Below, one piece after another: positions 63,744 to 64,000 of a stretch of 64,000 bases of DNA. The notes beneath the pieces were generated by a model. That model ran no database searches and was not told the origin of the DNA. It worked only from the letters and a program-made list of their open reading frames with translations. The DNA comes from Candidatus Marinacidobacterales bacterium (GTDB lineage: Bacteria > Acidobacteriota > Vicinamibacteria > Marinacidobacterales > SMYC01): contig CBDCYI010000011.1 of NCBI GenBank assembly GCA_965224085.1, positions 1,216,001 to 1,280,000 on the forward strand, given 5' to 3'. Every line of letters begins with the position of its first letter. Position 1 is the stretch's first letter. The position numbers were made by a program, and so were the translations under genes.

Positions 63744-64000
63744 CTACATTTTGTATTTGCCGAGATCGTCCGGGTTGAGACCTTCCAGCCACTTCTGAAG
63801 TCTTTCGGAATCAGTAGTATCTTTTGATAAATCCAAACCTTTGGCGCTCTCGACAACGTCGTCTTCCACGAAGATGGGAGATTTCGTCCGAAGCGCCAAG
63901 GCAATCGCATCACTCGGTCGGGCATCGATGGCCATCGTCTCACCTTCGCGGTCGAGATAGATCATCGCGTAAAAAGTGTTCTCTCGGAGCTCGCACACAA
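63744..64000 (-). CDS. Bifunctional nuclease (DUF151), 5' part outside the window
   Basis: TFYA...IDARPSDAIALALR...PIFV. Confidence 0.9.
   Translation of the reverse strand, partial: VCELRENTFYAMIYLDREGETMAIDARPSDAIALALRTKSPIFVEDDVVESAKGLDLSKDTTDSERLQKWLEGLNPDDLGKYKM

Noticed and set aside
1-64000. CRISPR array, tRNA or rRNA genes
   Set aside because: No regularly spaced repeats or recognisable stable-RNA sequences seen by eye.

Overview
GC-rich bacterial chromosomal window, probably Acidobacteriota (Vicinamibacteria-like); this is inferred from PEP-CTERM proteins and several remnants of Ser/Thr kinase-TolB/TPR genes. The first ~57 kb is an eroded accessory region of intact metabolic genes, many gene fragments, about six toxin-antitoxin modules and mobile DNA. 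The last ~7 kb looks like core genome ending in parAB and a DUF151 nuclease. Most striking: (1) an IS256 element whose two terminal inverted repeats are each split at the same nucleotide by an apparently identical group II twintron (an intron nested in domain III of another intron), with readable EBS1/IBS1 pairing for both layers; (2) a 446-bp transposase-free cassette (24-bp TIRs, 8-bp target duplication) carrying one apparently promoterless membrane-protein gene inside an amidase gene; (3) two probable selenoproteins missed by the ORF track (OsmC-like, and a UxxC peroxiredoxin-like protein), each with a SECIS-like hairpin; (4) a non-canonical 16-bp parS-like palindrome inside parB. An IS1634, a truncated third group II intron, an attC-like site and IS200/REP-like palindromic elements are also present. 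All family calls come from motif recognition by eye, not database searches, and some frameshifts may be long-read errors.
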